Assembly: GCA_963666055.2 (NCBI GenBank)
Contig: CAXWPH010000015.1
Location: 256,001 to 320,000 of the forward strand
Source of the DNA: Acidobacteriota bacterium
GTDB taxonomy: Bacteria; Acidobacteriota; UBA890; WLXD01
Length of the DNA: 64,000 bases
Direction of reading: 5' to 3'
In this document: positions 58,959-64,000 of the stretch, piece by piece
How the letters are laid out: each line of letters begins with the position of its first letter
Position numbering within the stretch: position 1 is the stretch's first letter
Position numbers and translations under genes: made by a program
The notes under the pieces: generated by a model
What the model saw: the letters and a program-made list of their open reading frames with translations, nothing else
Told to the model about the DNA's origin: nothing
Databases searched by the model: none

Positions 58959-60731
58959 ATGCCGGCTGCCGCCTACGCTCACTTACAGGCCAAGTTCGCT
59001 GAGGATCAGTGTGTCGTTCTCGACGGGGGTGTTGCGACTGAGTTGCAGCGGCAGCAGGCGCTTGAGTTCCGGTTGAGTGACCGGGAGCACTGGGGTTTCG
59101 AGTCGCTCGAGCACATGCCGCAAGCGGTAGAGGCCGTGCACCACAGTTACGTTCTGGCGGGTTGCGATGTGGTCACGACCAACACCTACGGCATTCTTGA
59201 AGCCCCAGCCCCGGCAGGCCTGCAGCGACCGATTAACCTGCGCACTCGCCCATTGCACTGGATGGACCTGGCGCGGAGATCCGTTCGTCTGGTGCGCAGT
59301 GCCATCGAAACCGGCAACAAGCAGGACCAATGTGCCGTTGCCTTTAGCATCGGCGGAGACGTCACCACGAAGGATCAGCTGGAAACTATCGAGTTGGTCG
59401 TTCGAGCCCTCGAGCAAGAGCCACCCGACCTGGTGCTGTTCGAAACTCTGGTGATGCTGGAGGATGCGCACACGGTTCGCGCCATCGAGCTGCTGCTGGA
59501 AGCAGGCTTGCCGGTGTGGATGGCGTTTCGACGGTGCAGGCAAGGGCCGTGTGGGATTCACGGCCAGCTCTGGGGCGGTCCGGAGGGTGATTTCTTCGGT
59601 CGGCTGGCGCGCCGCCTGGAGGAGATCGGTGTTGGGGCGATCCTGATCAATTGCATGCCGTCTGACCTCATTTCGGGGACCATTCCTTGGCTGCGCGACT
59701 TTACCGATCTGCCCTTGGGGGCCTATCCGAATCTCGGCCGTTATTCGGACCCAGGTTGGCGATTCACTCATGTGAAGCCCGGCGACTACGCTGACGCGGC
59801 ACTCCGGTGGCGCACCGAAGGGGCTCAGATCCTGGGTGGCTGTTGCGGTGTGGAGCCAGAGCACATCGCTGCAATGGCACAGGCGCTCGAGGGCACGCAT
59901 GCGGGCACCGTCGCCGACAACTCCACTGCGATTGATCGCTCCGGGCGCGGTCTAGCCTCTGGCGATCCAGGCGAGGCGGAGTCCTCAGCCGCCGTCGGAC
60001 CCTGGCTCGACGCCAAGGGTCATCAGATCTATCCGCTGCCGTTGCCCGAGCTGACCTGTGACCCTGACGTCTTCGTGCCAACCCAAGGCAGCTATCTGAT
60101 GTGGAAACACTTGTACAACGAAGGCATTGGCAAGAACCAGCGATGCCTCGACATAGGCTGCGGAACCGGAATCCTTGCCGTGCAACTGGCGCTCAACGGG
60201 GCGAGGCACGTTACTGCGCTGGATATTCAGAAGGTCGCCGTCGCCAACACGCTGACCAACGCGTTCAGGAACGGTGTCGCCGATCAGGTCAGCGGCGAAG
60301 TGACCGACGTGTATGCCTTCGAACCCGAGGAAAAATACGACATCGTCGTGGCAAGCCTGTATCAGATGCCGACCGATCCTCTAGGCAATCTGAGCGGACA
60401 TCGTCCCATCGATTACTGGGGACGTAACCTGCTGGACCACTATCTGGCGGTGCTGCCGAGGATGCTGAAACCCGACGGACTCGGCTACTTCATGCAGATC
60501 TCCTTGCTGAGCCAAGAGCAAACGGAGTCCTTGCTTCGGCAGGCCGGTTTCCAGTCGCGCGTTCTAGATTTCGCCCTCTACCAGTTCACGCCGCTGTTCC
60601 TGGAGAATCTCGAGCACATCCTCCGGGTCGAGGGAATCAGCGACGCGTATCATTTCCGCTTCCGAGACCAGCAGGTGATGGTGATGTACCTGGTCGAAGC
60701 GAGCAGAAAGGACTACGCCTCGGCGACGTGA
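58959..60731 (+). CDS. Homocysteine S-methyltransferase domain fused to a class I SAM methyltransferase domain
   Basis: LDGG.ATELQ, TTNTY, FETL, INC, AYPN, GGCCG; then LDIGCGTGIL; CAGGAG RBS. Confidence 0.85.
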   Translation: MPAAAYAHLQAKFAEDQCVVLDGGVATELQRQQALEFRLSDREHWGFESLEHMPQAVEAVHHSYVLAGCDVVTTNTYGILEAPAPAGLQRPINLRTRPLHWMDLARRSVRLVRSAIETGNKQDQCAVAFSIGGDVTTKDQLETIELVVRALEQEPPDLVLFETLVMLEDAHTVRAIELLLEAGLPVWMAFRRCRQGPCGIHGQLWGGPEGDFFGRLARRLEEIGVGAILINCMPSDLISGTIPWLRDFTDLPLGAYPNLGRYSDPGWRFTHVKPGDYADAALRWRTEGAQILGGCCGVEPEHIAAMAQALEGTHAGTVADNSTAIDRSGRGLASGDPGEAESSAAVGPWLDAKGHQIYPLPLPELTCDPDVFVPTQGSYLMWKHLYNEGIGKNQRCLDIGCGTGILAVQLALNGARHVTALDIQKVAVANTLTNAFRNGVADQVSGEVTDVYAFEPEEKYDIVVASLYQMPTDPLGNLSGHRPIDYWGRNLLDHYLAVLPRMLKPDGLGYFMQISLLSQEQTESLLRQAGFQSRVLDFALYQFTPLFLENLEHILRVEGISDAYHFRFRDQQVMVMYLVEASRKDYASAT

Positions 60732-60869
60732 TCCGAGAGGGAGAGCTGGACTCCCAGTTCTCAAGCTCGAAATAGATCGAGAAGTAGAAAATAAGTGAAC
60801 GGCGCTGTTGGACAATGCCAGCAGCGCCGTTCTGTTCCGTTCAAGCCCTTGTTAGCCAAGGACTTCTCG

Positions 60870-61031
60870 GAAGTAGCCCCAAGGGCTCCGAGTTGGAACC
60901 AGCTGCAATCGTGGCTGAAACGATGGGAGAAGCTGCGCGATGTGGTCGCCTAGCAGTCGTGCACGGCGTCCGGATGCCTTGAGCGCATGCGCTAGCAAGC
61001 TTCGGACCGCATCCCATCGGGGAATGGAACA
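60870..61031 (+). repeat. 162-bp diverged direct repeat, copy 2
   Basis: Encodes EVAPRAPSWNQLQSWLKRWEKLRDVVA*; shares the downstream blocks GTCCGGAT, ATCCC.TCGG and TGGAACA with copy 1. Confidence 0.8.
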
Positions 61032-61123
61032 GGTAGCTACAGCGATGAACGGTCGAGTGCCGGGGGTGCAGCTACGCTAGTGTTCCTTAGCGGTCAAGAG
61101 GCGGATCCCGACCAGCGCTGTCA

Positions 61124-62599
61124 TCAGCCGCCGAGTCGCAAGCTGACGTCAACTTGCCACGGGCCCTTCGAGACGTCGCCAACCTCCAGGGTGACTTGGA
61201 GGCGCAGCGGGCCAGCGGATAACCGGACGGCCTGGATGGTCAGCGAGTTGCTGCCGGCCGCCAGCTCGGCGCGATGCGTAGCCTCGTTGAGGCTGAGCGT
61301 CGCCGTTCCGTTGGCCGCGGTTGCCGGGAAGCGAAGATCGATGTCGTAATCACCGGGGGTAATGACCTCGAGCTCCCAATAGCCGTTGGAGTCCCGCCCC
61401 CACGGCCGTCCTTTCGTGTGACGCCAGTCTTGTCGGGTCAGTGTGGTGGGAGACTCGTAGGGTGTACCGATCGCGATCCGTGGGGGCAGGTAGTTGTCCG
61501 GACGCGTGTTGCCAACCCCGTCGAACCGAGTGTCGTAGGCGGCAGTTAGCTCTTCGACGATCTCCGGCTCTTTGTCGGCTACATCTTCTAGCTCCAGGGG
61601 GTCGGCCTCCATATCGTAGAGCTCGAACACCGGGTCGCCGTCGAAGCTCTCGCGACCAAAGCCGCTGGGGTGGACGAGCTTCCAGCGTTGATTACGCACC
61701 ATGAAGTTGTGAAAGCGTTGCGGAAGATCGCCCCGGTGAGCCTGTATGACGATGCTGCGATCGGGCCAGTCTGTCGTTTCGCCGGTCAACAGTGGCAGGA
61801 AGCTACGGCCATCGATCCCGATCCCTTCCGGGACCTCCAAACGTGCGGCGTCCAGCAACGTCGGCAGTACGTCGATGTGGGCAGCGACGCGATCCGAGGC
61901 GCGCCCAGCGGCGAGCCGGGCCGGCCAGTGAATAAAGAACGGTGAGCGAACGCCGCCCTCGTATACGTCTGACTTTTGTCCTCGCATGCCGCCCACATAG
62001 CGGCGACCGCTGGGCCCGTTGTCGACCAGAAAGACGACGATCGTATTGTCTGTCAATTCGAGCGAATCCAGGCGTTCGAAGAGCTTCCCGAGGTTGTCGT
62101 CGATGTTGGTGATCATCGCGAAGATGCGGGCGAGCCGGTCGGTATCCGTATCCTCCGGCAAGGGATGGCCTCGATCCTGCGGGAATGCAGCGGCGCTCAA
62201 ATTCATCTGGGAGTATTCGGCCAGCAGGTCCTCCGGAACATCGTGGAAGGGGCCATGCGGCGCGTTGGTGGCGATGTAGGCAAAGAAACTGTCGCCCCCG
62301 TCGTGCTGTTGCTCTATCCAATCCAACGCCCGGTCGAAGATGACGTCCGTGACGTACCCCACCGTCTGAACCGGCTCTCCATTGTGGAAAAGGATGGCGT
62401 CGGTGTATTTCCCTTCGCCGCCGGGCGGGTCCGAAGGTTGACCGATGCCGCCACCAAGGTGAACCAGGGCCTCTTGAAAGCCCTGGTCAACGGCTCGCAG
62501 CGGGAAGGCGTCGCCGAGGTGCCGTTTGCCGAAGATTCCGGTGCTGTAACCGGCGTCGCGCAGGATCTCGGCAATCGTTACTTCCTCCGGCTCCATCAT
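61124..62599 (-). pseudogene. Arylsulfatase, N-terminally truncated
   Basis: GYSTG.FGKRHLG (usually GKWH), NAPH.P, DNG, K..VYEGG.R.P; the CxPxR motif is absent. Confidence 0.8.
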
Positions 62600-62929
62600 T
62601 GCGATGAGGAAGAAATGTATCGATTGCTCTCGGCGGTCACCCACGGGCACGATTGGGCGATTCGTGGGCTAGGCTTCAGCCCCGCGCTTGAAGGCGATCT
62701 CAGGCCAGCCGTTGGCGGGGTACCTGTGACTATGTTTAAGAAGGCTGTTGACGTCGACAAGCTGGCGTTGCTCGGATTGATCGCGGCGGAAGCGTTTGCC
62801 AAGCCGGTTTGGGACAAGTGCAATTATGCTGGGTGGGATAAAGAGCGGTTGATTGGTGTGCTCGACAGCACATTCGACAAACTTGGACTAAGAGCAAGCG
62901 AGCGTTTTTGGTGTCCACCGAAGGGGTGA
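62600..62929 (+). pseudogene. Fragment of a hypothetical protein
   Basis: Lower GC; protein-like YRLLSAVTHGHDW..; abuts the sulfatase breakpoint. Confidence 0.35.
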
Positions 62930-62950
62930 CCTTGCCACTTCGCGCTACCG

Positions 62951-63232
62951 CTAGCTGACTAATGCGGGATGCCCCGAAGTCGGAGGGATGGTAGGCAGCG
63001 AGGGTAAGAGGACCAGGAGTCCCGGAGCCGTCTCATAGTGCAGGTCCGGCCAAGCCAGCTTGATCTTCTTCAACTCGCGCAGCACCTTTTCACGGAAGCT
63101 GCGGACAGTAAATTTATTGTTAGCCTTGGCGGGGTCCGCCCCGAACTGGCGGTACACCTACCGCCAAGTGATCCTCACCGGGCGCGTCAACGCGAAGGTG
63201 CGGTAGGTGAGCCAGAGGTAGAGATCGAGGCC
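62951..63232 (-). pseudogene. Plasmid-type replication protein RepA C-terminal fragment with internal TAG
   Basis: GLDLYLWLTYRTF..ITWR*VYRQFG..FR...RELKKI..AWPDL; cut by an IS3 end. Confidence 0.65.
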
Positions 63233-63239
63233 CGGTGCC

Positions 63240-63900
63240 TGTCAACGCGGATGAGACGGTGGGTTTCGTAAATTAGTGAGCATTCTCCATGGTGGCGGGT
63301 TTGTTGATCCAGGCCACGGTGGGCACCGGCGGTGGTTGAGGCACGCTGTTGACGAAGCGCTCGGGCCGCGCGCGGAAGGCCGCCAGAAGAACTTCGGCGC
63401 GCTTGTGCTGGACCGCCTGGGCGAGGCCGTGGTGCATGGTCGCTGGAGTCACCAGGCCGATGCCGGAGTGACGGTGGCAGTGGTTAAACCAATGGAAGAA
63501 GGCGCGGCAGAAGCTGCGAGCCTGCTGGATGGAGTCGAACCGCGCCGGGAACTCCGGCCGGTACTTGAGCGTCCTGAAGTGAGCCTCCGAGTACGGATTA
63601 TCCGATGACGTATACGGCCTTGAGTGCGTCTTGGTGACGCCCAGATCAGCGAGCAGGAAGGCAACGGGCTTGGACCTCATCGAGCTGCCGCGGTCAGCAT
63701 GCAGGGTGAGTTGGCCAGGCGTGATCCGCTGTTACTCGATGGCCTGGCCGATGAGCTGCTCGGCGAGAGGACCGCTCTCGCGGTGTTGCACGCTCCACCC
63801 GACTACGTAGCGGCTGAACACGTCCAGCACTACGTACAGGTACAAGTAGGTCCACTTGCTGGGCCCCAGCAGTTTCGAGATGTCCCAGCTCCACAACTGG
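63240..63900 (-). mobile_element. IS3-family transposase remnant (integrase core, internal TAA at 63732-63734)
   Basis: QLWSWDISKL, LDVFSRYVVGW, LHADRGSSM, SRP..S.DNPYSEA.F.TLKY, HSGI..TP; terminal ..TTGACA at 63240. Confidence 0.88.
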
Positions 63901-64000
63901 TGATAATGCACTTGATGGAACAGACGGTAATGTTCCAGTGGACTCAAGCCGGGGACGCCAATAGCATGCGGGGATGCGAAGACTCGTTAAAGCGATTGCC

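Noticed and set aside
58625-60890. tRNA genes at the GTAGCCC motifs
   Set aside because: Only an acceptor-stem-like stretch is present; there is no TTCGA T-loop or cloverleaf.
22101-63160. Amber recoding or pyrrolysine, suggested by in-frame TAGs at 22101, 55097 and 63158
   Set aside because: TAG is the normal stop of many intact genes here (wecB, PAP2, RRM, ggt). Two of the three cases are in decayed mobile genes, an in-frame TAA also occurs, and no pyl genes are present.

Overview
GC-rich bacterial chromosomal DNA. Two PadR + duplicated-permease (ADOP) pairs suggest Acidobacteriota (inference). The first ~30 kb holds transport and envelope genes: an OprO/P porin, a VapBC pair, a Ca/Na antiporter, an ABC exporter, two sodium:solute symporters, a polyprenyl-phosphate glycosylation block, and phosphatidylcholine synthase beside a transporter closely resembling animal CHT1. 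The main accessory locus (~29.9-44 kb) is a phosphonate/surface-glycan cluster. It encodes phosphonopyruvate decarboxylase, phosphonoacetaldehyde reductase, a PepM C-terminal fragment fused to an asparagine-synthase fragment, a divergent methylphosphonate-synthase/HEPD-like 2-His-1-Gln dioxygenase, a cytidylyltransferase, a sulfatase-fold membrane transferase, a PhnA-like hydrolase, WecB and an O-antigen-ligase-like protein. Non-coding structure includes a CTAG-bounded MITE/REP family sitting on stop codons, a structured RNA candidate with a perfect Shine-Dalgarno and a 14-aa ORF, an AT-rich patch, and 162-bp direct repeats flanking a homocysteine-methyltransferase/SAM-methyltransferase fusion. 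The last 10 kb is a mosaic of IS256, IS3, repA and other gene fragments. Many frameshifts and abrupt junctions mean sequencing or assembly error cannot be excluded. Family assignments rest on motif recognition only; no searches were run.
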